Shown: positions 11,672 to 22,732 of the stretch, in pieces
Numbering within the stretch: the first letter of the stretch is position 1
Layout of the letters: each line of letters starts with the position of its first letter
Assembly: GCA_977018835.1 (NCBI GenBank)
Contig: OZ361259.1
Location: 3,968,001 to 4,032,000 of the forward strand
Source of the DNA: Minutocellus sp. GHC0000111
Lineage: Eukaryota
Reading direction: 5' to 3'
Length of the DNA stretch: 64,000 nucleotides
The notes under the pieces: model-generated
Told to the model about the DNA's origin: nothing
Databases searched by the model: none
The model's input: only the letters and a program-made list of their open reading frames with translations
Position numbers and translations under genes: made by a program

Positions 11672-12285
11672 ATCTGCTGCGGCATCCCTCCTCTCCCACC
11701 CCGACACGAACACCGCCTCGAATGAGAAGCCACGCTACGGGGCCTGCCGAAACGTACCGTACCTACGCACCTACTGCACGAGGAAGAGCCGACAGCCCCC
11801 TCCGATGCCATTTGGTCTGTCCGCCGCTACACGAACGCGCCGACCACATGAGCAGCGGAGCTCTTGTATCATCCAGCATCTGCTTATCTGCTTGAATTTG
11901 GCGGCCCGCGCTCAAGGCTCAAGGTGCACCATCGATGCGTTGGACCTACACCATTTTTGACCATATCAATTCATGAACGTCGAACGCCTCATTTCCAATT
12001 AGGCGACGGTTGGGGTTGAACGAGGAAACGATTTGATTTCTTTTTTCATCTTTCCTTGATTCATTCTCCAACTCCGTGCGTACAGTCGAGTTCAGGCGCG
12101 AGTTTGTTTGGCGCCACTTTCAGTACAGGAAGTGTTGGGTTGGATTGGAGTTGTTAATATTGGGACTACTGCCTTGCTTGTCTGGTCAGGAATTGGGAGC
12201 AGGGAGCGGTAGTGCCAGAAGCAACTGATTAAGAGAAAACGGGCATTAGCTCGTTACCAGTTGACATTTTGGGCATTTACAAAAA

Positions 12286-13476
12286 ATGATCGGCATATTC
12301 AACTGTGGCCGTGATCTGGACTGCTATGACAACGACTACGAAGATTCGCTCTATGGGGGCGACGGCCACGTGGGATCTGCCTCTTACGACTACGGCGGTG
12401 GAGACGACGTGACGCTTCGACAGTACCGCGGTCGTGCTGAGCGCCCTTCCTTCGACGTCGACGATCGATCAGTAACGGAGAGGGAGATGACGGCTCTGCC
12501 ATCCGTGGAAGAGCTGGGTGATAATCTGAGGGCATTGGCCATGAGGCGAATATCGAGTCAGAGAGTATCGATCAGTGCTGGGCAAAGTAGTGGTGGTAGA
12601 GCAGCCAAACGTAGGGGAAGTGCCGCAATGAGTAGCATTGGCATGAGCAGTGGCAGCCATCGACAGTATCCTGAAAGGACCTCCGATTACGAACATGAAG
12701 AGGTGGTCCTTACGCAGGTGCACACGATTAGGCGCCCTCAATCATACCTTTCCAGGCAGCAGAAGGAAAAGAATTGCCCTGCTGACAAAACAAGCAAAAA
12801 TGCGAAACCAATCTTCAGCAAAGAGAGACACAAAACAGGCATTCCGAAAGAAATCTGCATAGAGATTGAACGAGAGCCCCGTGGCGGAGATGATGATACC
12901 GACCAACGAGCAATGGTGGACGAACGAGATCAGGAGGAGCTTAACAACGATTGTGATCGCGAGTCGGTTGAGATTGTCAATTATTGTGAAGAAATACAAC
13001 AGGAACCTGAAGATTATTCTGAGTTCATCATTGGCAAACGTGATGTCGTGGCAGATAGCAATGCTCGGGGAGCTGCTACCCCTAGCTCCGGAATTGGCAA
13101 GGGGGCACAGTTTGGGATGACCCGGCCTCCCCTCCCAGACGCCGCAAAGAGCAAACACATTCGCGTGCGCATCCGCAAGCCACTGGGCATTGTGTTTGAG
13201 TCTCTTCAAGAGGGCTCGGTGCGCATCATTGAAATGCCCATGACTGGCAATGCAGCTCGAAGTGGTCGCATCGCTATCTGGGATGAGCTGGTGAGTATGA
13301 ACGCGAAGAGCATGAAGCATCGATCGTTCGACTTTGTGATGGAGCAATTTGCCAAGTCTGATTCGAGCAAGAAGCTTGATCTTGTCTTTAGACGGAGGAA
13401 TGCTTATGCGAATGCCGCCATTGGTAGAGATAATGCCATCGATGACAAATACGAGATGCCCGAGTATGACCTCTAA
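12286..13476 (+). CDS. Protein with C-terminal PDZ domain
   Basis: IRKPLGIVFE...VRIIEM..GNAARSGRIAIWDELVSMN...SFDFVMEQF...LDLVFRR follows the PDZ pattern. Confidence 0.8.
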   Translation: MIGIFNCGRDLDCYDNDYEDSLYGGDGHVGSASYDYGGGDDVTLRQYRGRAERPSFDVDDRSVTEREMTALPSVEELGDNLRALAMRRISSQRVSISAGQSSGGRAAKRRGSAAMSSIGMSSGSHRQYPERTSDYEHEEVVLTQVHTIRRPQSYLSRQQKEKNCPADKTSKNAKPIFSKERHKTGIPKEICIEIEREPRGGDDDTDQRAMVDERDQEELNNDCDRESVEIVNYCEEIQQEPEDYSEFIIGKRDVVADSNARGAATPSSGIGKGAQFGMTRPPLPDAAKSKHIRVRIRKPLGIVFESLQEGSVRIIEMPMTGNAARSGRIAIWDELVSMNAKSMKHRSFDFVMEQFAKSDSSKKLDLVFRRRNAYANAAIGRDNAIDDKYEMPEYDL

Positions 13477-13946
13477 AGCCGTGGAAATGGTTGATAGGAT
13501 GATATCTTTTAGAATCATAGAAATAGAGATTATTTTTTGTTGCAATCGACATGATACAAGATGAATATAGAGTCTACTTATTAACGTTATTTCCGAAGCA
13601 GCAAGGCCACAGGCTTCATCTTTCATGGAATCATCGTGGTCAGTTTCAGCAACGCCTGCAGTCTTCCTGCGTACCTCTCCTCTTCTCGAATAACAAACAC
13701 ACACTAGGTTGACAAACCAACGGCCGAAGCTTCTATGAAATAGAACCTTCAAGTAAAAATCACCATGCCACCATTTCTCTTCTTTGTGAACATTTACCCC
13801 CTGCACTGATGCTTGCCCCGGCGGGGGTCTTTTTTATGTGTAAAAGCATATGAAATTTCGTCGAGCGAAAACCAACAAAGAAAAGAAATTCCTTCGAGAA
13901 CCCGTCACGCCCAAAGCTCAACCAGCTTCCTGGGTTCGTATCTTTC

Positions 13947-16575
13947 TTAAGTTTGAATGATCTGCGATAGCACGTTGAGTAATGCATCGTCATCGAGATC
14001 GAACTCCTGCCCCAGATCGAACAGCTCTTTGTCAAACTCGCTGACGTCCTCCAATCCAGCATCGACGCCGTTCGCCAAAGCCTCTTGCTGTGCGGCGGCC
14101 TCTTGTTTTTGGGCCGCTGCTCGAGCTCGTTCGGCGGCGACGCATGGGGAGCACGCCATAAGGACAAATCCCTGACATCCACGGCTACCGCACATGAGGG
14201 TCTCGCCGAGGTCAATCAAGGGGGCACCGGGTTCACCTCCACCACCGAGGGCAGCCATGTTGGGGCGGGGAATGCCATGGCAGCGCAGCCGGACGGGAAG
14301 TTTCCTCCGATGGATGCTGAGCAGCTTCCGAACCGAAAGAAACGTATCAAGGACCTCGTCAAACAGCGCGGCCTCCATCTCACCGGGCGACTCGCCACCG
14401 GCACCACGCTGGGCATGCATGCCATTGAGCAAGTGGCACAGCAGGACGGCCGCATTGGAAATCATATGATACGTCGGACCGGCCTGGTACAGAAGCAGGG
14501 GATGCTCGATGAGGGTGTTGCACACGCTGAGCAAGCCCTGAATCTGCGAATCGGTGAAGCCACCGGCCTCCTCCTCGTCTCCACCCTCGAGGAAGGCGTC
14601 CATGGCCGAAACGACGAGATGGTGGCCGTGATTCTTGCTGACCGTGCCCTGCCCGCCGCCTCCGGGGACGATGGCGGCCGACTCGTGCTGCTGGAGCAGG
14701 GTGAAGGCCGACAGGACCATGTTGCGGCTGCACAGCTCGTCCTCGTTGGCCATGACGGCCGATCCGGTGGCGGTCATCTTGCCGCATCCGCCATTGTCGC
14801 ACTGGGCACCGTAACCTCCTTCACCGTTCATGAGCTCCTTGGCCATGCCCTCGAAACGGGCATTCGCTTGATCGCAGCAACTGCGGATGGCACAGGCCAA
14901 GGCATCGAGGGAGCGGCTGAGGGCCGGAGCCTCGTTGTTGATGAAGACGGGCGGAGGACCCTGGATCCACATCTTGTTCATGGGGTTGGCCGCCACGTAC
15001 GAGGGGTTGGTGGCCGTGCCGTACTTGGCCACGGTATCACCGCCGCCCCCAGACTGCTGCGGAGCCGGCAGGGGCGGGATGGCATCGTCAATATAGGGCA
15101 GAGCCGCCTCGGACGCGTTGTGGATCATGTAGGCCCAGGAATCGTGGAAGGAAATGGCGGCCAGCAGGGCCTCGACGCCGGGGACGTTGTCCATCTGGCT
15201 CAAATGGGTGAGGCAGACGCGTCTGTACTTGAAGTACCGGACCATGTCGCCGCGGTACGAGCGGAACATCCCGTGGAGGAAGTACGCCCGGGCGACGTCG
15301 TACATGCAGCTGGGGTGGACGGGCTCGTCGACGCACTCCCTGAGGCACATGACGGTGGCGTTGGACAGCTCGAGGGCCAGCGCCACCTGGTTGTTGGCCA
15401 GGGCTCCGAGGGCGATCTCGGAGAACCGCGCGGCCTGGAGGGCGGCCCGGTCGAAGCGGGGGAGGACGCCGGAATGGAGCGGCACGGACAGGCGCCGGGC
15501 GTACTCCTCGTCGGTCGGGACGGGGGGGAGACGGAACAGATCGTCGATGCCCAGGGAGTAGTACGATCGGAGGCGGTTGCCGTCAATGTTGGACGGGGAG
15601 AGGAGGGGCAGATGCTTCTGGACCGACTTGGGCAGACCCCCACCAACGCCGTTGGAATTAGAATTGGAGCCGGAGGTGGCCTGCTGGGGGGTGGTCCGCG
15701 CCCTCCTCGCGGCGGGTTCGGAGGTGGTGGTTTGGTTCATGCCACCACCCATACCGTTCATACCACCCATGCCATTCATGCCCATACCACCCATACCCAT
15801 ACCTCCCATGCCATTGCTCTGGGCCTGCATCTGCTGCTGAAGGTGCTGCTGCTGATTCTGGAGCTGCTGGAGCTGGAAGAGCTGCTGCTGGACGGCATCG
15901 CCCCCCGGTCCGACGGGCGGAGACGGGGAGCTTATGCTCATCGGCCCTCCGTTGCCGGCGACACCACCGGCACTGGCGCCCATCAGGTTGCCTCCGACAC
16001 CACCGCCGCTGATGGCCGGGTCGGACGCCAGCTGCTGGTTCGTCCCGACCTGGGCCATCTGCTGCTCGAGCTGCTGCTGCAGCTGGAGCTGGCGCTGCAG
16101 CTCGACCATGTCGTCGACCATGCCACCAGCGCCAGCTCCGACGCCAGCACCACCGAAGCCTCCCAGTCCGCCGCCGAGTCCGCCGTCGAGCCCGCCCCCG
16201 ACGCCCATCATGCCGCCGGGACCACCCACCGCCCCCCCGTACTGTCCGGGATGGAGCTGCGACAGCTGGGCGTGGGCCTCGTGCTGGACGGCCAGGGCCT
16301 CCGACGCCTTCCGGGCCGCCCCGGCCTTGCCGGGCACTGGACCGCGGCGCTTGGCGGGACTGTACACGCACCCCAGCAGGGCGAGGTCGACGCCGTCCAA
16401 ACTCGACGCCGTCCAAACTGGTCAGCTTGTGCTTCTTCATGTACTTGGAGGCGCAGTTGCCGCACGGGCGGTTGCCGTCGCATTTGGTCTTGCGCGCCCG
16501 GCACCGGTCGCACGACGCGCAGAGGCCCTGGGCTCCCGCCGCCTTCTTGGCCAGGGCACCGCTCGGGTCCGACAT
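13947..16575 (-). CDS. Zn2Cys6 (GAL4-type) transcription factor, frame broken by a 16-nt tandem duplication
   Basis: SCDRCRARKTKCDGNRPCGNC in ORF 15658..16575 joins ORF 13947..16400 (CVYSPAKRRGP) if one copy of TCGACGCCGTCCAAAC (16387..16402 = 16403..16418) is removed; Gln/Gly-rich linker. Confidence 0.88.
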
Positions 16576-17314
16576 GGTGGGGGTGGTGGGGTGGGTAGGC
16601 GGGTGTTCGTCGGGCTGGATGGGCTGGATTTTGTGTATGTGCTACGCACCCTTGTGAAACGTATTCTTTATGCGACCGAAACGATGCAATTCGAGCCCAG
16701 ACGCTTCGAGATACCAAACAACAAAAGGCTCGAGATATATGACTTTCCGGTCGCGCCTTGCCTTAAGGAGGTCCTTAACACAGTGTTGCTGAGTTGGTAC
16801 CAATACACTTCAACGTGATATCTATCTCTCTGTGTGCCTCGCTCGGGGGGTGGTCGTAAAAAAAAGGCCCCGCGCCGAACAAAGCCCTCAAACTTCGCCG
16901 GCAGAGAAAAGATTCTACGCCGGTCAGTTCTTCTCTCCCGGCAAGGCTCCAAGACTCCTGGCTGGGCGCACAATAGCAAATTTGATGCAGATATATGCCA
17001 ATGCAATGGCACGGTGGTTGTGTGTGTATTGCGGTGGGGAAGGAGGCAAGATGACGGAAGGGACCGACTTGACTTGGGTGATGCGCTTCAAGCGGCATGT
17101 TGCACCGGCAAGGAGTTTGAGGCGCCGAGCCGCCGCTTTTTTTCAGAAACAGCCAGCAGGTGCCAGAAACTAAACATTTCCGGATGACAGCTATGTTAGA
17201 ATGTGCGTAGCGAAGGTGTTCCGATGAGGCCTGCGATGCCTGCATGCCTGCCGCCGATGCCTGCATGCCTGCCGCCACGCCCGCAAGCAAGATAAGAGCA
17301 AGTCATGACGACTC

Positions 17315-17344
17315 TACCTACCTAGGTACCTAGGTACCTAGGTA
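17315..17344. repeat. (TA-CC / TA-GG)n array abutting the transposon end
   Basis: TACCTACCTAGGTACCTAGGTACCTAGGTA: 8 TA dinucleotides separated only by CC or GG. Confidence 0.9.
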
Positions 17345-20300
17345 CCTTTCGAGTTCAGAGGATTTGAAAGTGACGTGATGATGACGTATTAGAAACACGA
17401 CCACACCAGACCAAAAATCCAAGCTCACTTTTTCTAACTCCGAGGAATAAATGACGGCCAAGATGGAAGTCGGGGCAAGAACCAAGTTATGGTCACCAAC
17501 TTCTACATATAGTCGAGAGATATTGTGCACCAGAACCAATAAATGTACATTATGTGATGATTTTTTTCGACATTTGCATTCCTCACCCCGGGAAAAAACA
17601 CATTTTTGGAAGCACCAAAAATCAAAATGTAATGAATAGAAATGGACATGCTATGATAAGTTATAGCAAATCAATGACTCCATCGTCTTCATCATTTTCA
17701 TCTATGTCGTCCTCAATGTCATCATCTTCGCCGGGAGCATCAATTGGCCAGAGTGGTTCACCATCCTCTTCAGCTTCTTCCTCGGCAATTTTTGCGAGAG
17801 ACCAGCCTTTCCCCGTCTGGTCTCCACAAGATTGTTACCGCCACGACTTCTCTTGATGTTGTTATATATCACTGGAAGTTTTCCAAATACATTGAGAAAG
17901 GCCTCTTTTGATGCGACATTGGCCCATACTTTCATCACAGTCTTGTCAAGAGCATTCGCATCATTCTTCTGACCGCGATGCTCCTTTTCGACGGCCGACT
18001 GCAAAGACATCCAGATGCCGAGATCAAGAACATTTGTCTCGGGCGACCGAGGAACCTGCTGGATTATCTCAATCTTATATTTGTTTTTGAGGTCCTCGGT
18101 GTGCTTCTCAACTGCTTCATTGGACCCATGACCGCCGGCATTGTCCATCATAAGACACACAACATCACAGACTCCTGAACATTTTGTGGATCCCACTTCA
18201 CCCAATGATGTGCGTCTCGAATCGCCTTCCCGACCTCATTCATGGTCTCCAACATCCATTTGGAGTCGCAGCTACAGTCCTTGGTAACCTTATCGCCCCG
18301 TTGATACCGCACCCCGAGCTCAAGGTGGTCGTCGATCTCAACCTTCACCTTCTCTCCATTGCTATCAGGAGTGTGTCGCTTGAGACTCGAGATCTTTTGA
18401 TTGTAGCCAACAGCGGCATGCTTGCGACTTTTTGCCTGACCGTCGGATTTGTAGTCCTCGTGTTGAAGTTCCAATCGTTCTGTAACAAACTCAGAAAGGC
18501 CGTAGATTTCGGCAATGTGGTCGCAAAGATGGCCGGCGGTCATGTCAGCATTCTCGTCGTAAATGTCGCGCCAATCTTTGTCATTTTTAGCGCATCGTTG
18601 ACCTTAGCATCTGGAGAGAAATTCTGATTACGCGTAAGCTTTTCCACCTTCTGCTCCCTGGCGACTCTCTTGATCATGATGCGCCCATTGAAATCAACGT
18701 CTTTGGTTTCATCCTTCATTGGTCGGCCAACAACTCCAAGACACATAACTTTGACAGGGTGTCTTCTGGATCGAATTTTCGGGCTTGCCTCGGAAGCATG
18801 GATAGACGCGAGGTTCGGACTACTTAGTTCTTCGTCAGAAAGTGGCAACATCTTGATCTTTCGTCGCCGAGTAGCAGTGTAAAACCACTTTTCATCAAGA
18901 TGCGCTACAGGAATGTTGGGATCGGTCGCAATGTCCTCCCACTTTTCGATCCAATCAAGTCGCTTCCTACAATGTTCGGGGGTGAGCCTCGGCTTCTCGA
19001 TCGACGACTTCTCCTTGCCGCCTTGCTTTTTCCACCAGCGAAAAAGCTGAAGACGATGGAGACTAATTGTCAGCCTGTCTTCATCTGGAGTAGCTGATTT
19101 TGCGCTCATGCAGTCAGCTAGCTCCTTAAAGGTTGCCATCGCACCCTTCATCCGAGTAGCATGCCGACACAGCTCGCGGAGACATCCTGGCTCCTTCTCC
19201 TCGATCATGTCCGTGCATGCCTTCCTTCCACGAACCTCCTTTCTGCCGATGGGATTGCTGATGCCATCAGTGAGGCTTTTGTAGAGCTGGTCTCTCCACT
19301 TGTAAAGCTGAGAACCACCGGTTGACTTGGCATAGCCGTGATCGTGCGCAACTTGCCGACACGCGGCAGTTGCAATTTGTTGCCGGTCTTCATGCGTGCG
19401 AGTTGGGTCGCCGCATCCCCACCAATCCGCGAGAGCCACGGCGCTGAACCGCATTCTTTCATTCGCCTGCTTTTCTTTTCTGATTGGTGTTGGTTCGGTG
19501 ACGGTTGCATTGGGACGAGGAGGACGGAGCATGTCATCGTTGGCCATCCGAACAACAAAGTCGAGGCCGAGAGCGACCTTTACCTGTTCATCAATGTCAC
19601 TGGAGGTGGCACAGACAACGGAAGTGTCGGCTCCTCCTAAACCTTCATCATTGGGGGAGGCTGCAGCTGCTTCAGTGGCGGAAGCATCACCAGTTCCCTT
19701 CAGCATGCTGAGGAGACTTGCTGGCATCCAACCCAGTTTCTTGGCCTCGTCGACTAGTGATTTCACTCTTGCTTCGCAATGCGCTGACTGCACCTCCTTT
19801 CTGTGAGCTGACAACCTCTCATCTAGCTTAGTAGCTAAGACAGTCGAGCGCCCAGAGAACAGAACTTCATCGGGATTTCTTCTCTCGTGCACCTTCTGTC
19901 CCTCCGGTCCAGAGAATTTCGGGTGGTTGTCCTCCTTCTTTTTACGCAACCTGTGAGCACAAACATAAAGCGCCCTGCGTCTTGTCTTCCCTCTCGGCCG
20001 ACACGTCGACAAGTGCAACTTCAAACTACAATGCTCCTTGAGATGTTGCTGCACATCCTTCCATTTTTCCTCGTTGTACTGTAGCTCATACTTTCCTCCA
20101 CCGACGGACTTGGAACGCAACAAGTCGGCCTCGATGAAAGCAGGGAGGACGTCTTCCCATTTCTGCCGAGAACCAACACAAATGTCATCTTTGCCGCAGG
20201 AATCGGGGGTTGCTCTCCACCACAGATCCTTACCAGCCCTTCGAATGACATCTGCTGCAAGGAGAAAGGCCATGGGGATAGGAGGAGGGGCCGTCCTCTT

Positions 20301-20801
20301 CTTCGCCGACGACGGTGACGGTTTGGCGGGCGAATTTGTGACCGTGGCCGCTTCTTCGACGTGCTTGCGCTCGGCGATGGTGTTTTCGGCTCAGCTGCCG
20401 CCTTTGCCGCCTTCCTGGATGCCTTGGTGTTGCCTCTCTTGCTCCCTGAGAACGAAGTTCTGCTGCGTTTGTATTTTTTGGGCGTGGTCTGGTTGGTCGT
20501 CGTCATCGTCACAAAATTTGCGGGTTGCGGTGAGGGTGTGCGGGGGACCAAAAAACACATGTGTTCCTGCCAGAATCTACTGGACCTGCGAATTCAGTGG
20601 ATAACACTACTGGTCGGTGGCAACCTACTGAATGAGCAGGTCCAGTAGACATCCACGAGTTGAGGAGAGTGTTTTTGCGTTCCTCCCGAAGAGAACATCG
20701 ACTAACAAGACACGTGTGGTGGGAAATGAGAAATGGGTGCAAGAATGACCTTTTTTAGGGGTTGTTGGTATACCCTCTACAAATCCTCTGAAACCGAAAG
20801 G
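17345..20801 (-). mobile_element. Tc1/mariner DD39D-type DNA transposon, copy 1 (3457 bp)
   Basis: 22-bp TIRs CCTTTCGAGTTCAGAGGATTTG (17345..17366) / CAAATCCTCTGAAACCGAAAGG (20780..20801), 2 mismatches; flanked by TA on the left and TG on the right; internal transposase. Confidence 0.92.
17661..20506 (-). pseudogene. DD39D transposase, frameshifted and hypermutated
   Basis: LDEKWFY, MDNAGGHG and SPETNVLDLG motifs; 39 residues between the second and third Asp; three frameshifts shared with copy 2 plus a private 2-nt insertion near 18167. Confidence 0.88.
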
Positions 20802-21357
20802 TGCTTCCCAACGCTGACCATTTGTTTGTCAAAATCATGAGACGACTTGATGGCCAGTTCTGTGGCGACCCCATGCTGCGGCAGGACGTCCTGCATCAGC
20901 ACACCCTCTCGCTGAAGCTGACGCCGCTTTCGAATTCCGACCCGAAGCCAGTGGTCTCGGGGTGTTTGGTGATGCACTCCCACAGGAGCGTGGTGCCAGA
21001 TCGATGTGCACCGCCAATGGTCAAAATGGTCTTGTGCTCGCGAATGAGTGACTTCCACTCCGACGGCGTATTGTGCAAATCAAAATAGGCATGTCCGAGA
21101 ATTGCAGTTGGACCAAACATCCAACACCGCGATGTTTGCGGCAATGTCACTGTGAATCCGAGAGTGGTTGCCAGGGGAATCAGAGGCATTTCCTTGCGTT
21201 TCATTGGGGAAGAAGATGAGGATGATGAGGCAGAGGCATTCGCATTGTCTTTTTACTTTTTCTTGCGTGCTGCTGCTGCTGCTGCTGCTCCTGTTGCCGG
21301 CGACGATGTGTCAGGCCCCACCTTGTCTTTCTTCCTTTGTTTCTTGGTCGGGGACAT
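20802..21357 (-). pseudogene. Truncated sulfotransferase-family pseudogene
   Basis: TIGGAHRSGTTLL (5'-PSB loop) followed by HPETTGF...SEGVLMQDV; in-frame TAA near 21253, frameshift near 20905; ends abruptly at the TIR of copy 1. Confidence 0.8.
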
Positions 21358-22097
21358 TGCACCATTAGTGGTCGGAATGAGTAGAGAGTACGCACTCAAC
21401 AACGCATTAGAGTTAGCACCGCGTGTTGCGGCAGAGCGTTGCAGACGGCCGTTGAAAAGTGGAGGTTGACCACTCCTTGGCAAAACTTTTTCTCATTTTT
21501 TGCCTCATCATCTCTGTGAGGGAGCAGGCCTACTCCGCGAAGTCTGAGGCTCGACGTGGATCGACGACCATTGCGTCATCAAGGCGCAATCGGACTGCGC
21601 TCACAATGCAAAACTGCGTCACGAAAGCCCTTGAAGTCGCAATCGACTTGGATGACGAAGAGAAAGTGGCTTTGTGTGGCATATTTGTCCCTTTATGCAC
21701 CAGCACACTGTGGTCTTTTGTGGCCTTTTCATCCCTCCCGTTCCACAAGAGCTTTCATACTTTTTTATGTTTATCCGTACTCCCGTCTCTGTACGAGGAC
21801 TTCTGTGCTTGCACACTAATTCTCACACTGCACGTCAAAACTTACATATACTAGACTAGTAGGAATTCCTATGGGGGAAACGCCGGAGGCGAAAAGATAT
21901 CCCGCCGCAAGTTATGTTATCCCGCGATGCGTGCATCATAGGAATGTTCCTACATGTAACACGTGCTGATGCTCTCACTGCATCTCACTTTTTCTGGAAG
22001 AGCAAAATAGCGAGACCAACCAAAGCCGCTTACATACAGCTAACTCCGAGCCATCCACCCACAACTACGAGCTCCAAACCTACCGCATTATTCAAAA

Positions 22098-22559
22098 ATG
22101 ATCAACATCTCTTCAGTACAAACCCCCACCACACCCATCGATCGCCGCCGCCGTTGCCACCGTCGTGTCACATTCGTGAAAACGGCGTATGTTTACAATA
22201 TCCCCAGCTTGAAGGAATTCACCGATAAGGAGATCTCTCAAACATGGCTCACACCGCAAGACGAGGAAAGGATCAAGAACGACATGCTTCGTACTGTCGT
22301 ATGCATGCGCAAAGGTGACATCAACATTGGCATGTGCACTCGCGGTTTAGAGCACTTGAAGAGCTCCGAAAGAACGCAGAGACGCGTCTCGGACAAACAA
22401 CGTGTGGTCCATGCCGTCCTTTCCGAGCAGTCCAATCAATGTCACCGAGAGATCTATAGCTCAAAAAATATAGCCGCTGTTTCGTCGGCGCTGAGCCAGA
22501 GAGCTAGAGATCGTGCCGTCCTTTTGGCGGCGCATGATGCCATCGATATCAATGCATAA
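22098..22559 (+). CDS. Small hypothetical protein of a type common in diatoms
   Basis: RRVTF...V..IP...E....W...+ CTRGLE...R...V.AVL.EQ...IA.VS..LS..A...A...A..DA pattern. Confidence 0.7.
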   Translation: MINISSVQTPTTPIDRRRRCHRRVTFVKTAYVYNIPSLKEFTDKEISQTWLTPQDEERIKNDMLRTVVCMRKGDINIGMCTRGLEHLKSSERTQRRVSDKQRVVHAVLSEQSNQCHREIYSSKNIAAVSSALSQRARDRAVLLAAHDAIDINA

Positions 22560-22732
22560 TTAAATATTCAGAGATGATGTGAATTAGATTTCTAGCTCCG
22601 TAATATGTATGTATAATTTTGGATTCGTACGCGTAGCCATTCTGTTTATGTATCTAGGACTCTATTAGATCTACCTGAAAGATCCACCTCCTGTTATATC
22701 AAGTGATGGTTATATTGTAACTCAAAACTTTA

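Noticed and set aside
12742..13806. 354-aa minus-strand ORF
   Set aside because: Mostly antisense to the PDZ gene, with shadow-like composition.
14085..16598. 837-aa plus-strand ORF
   Set aside because: In-register antisense shadow of the GC3-rich Zn2Cys6 gene; no domain features.
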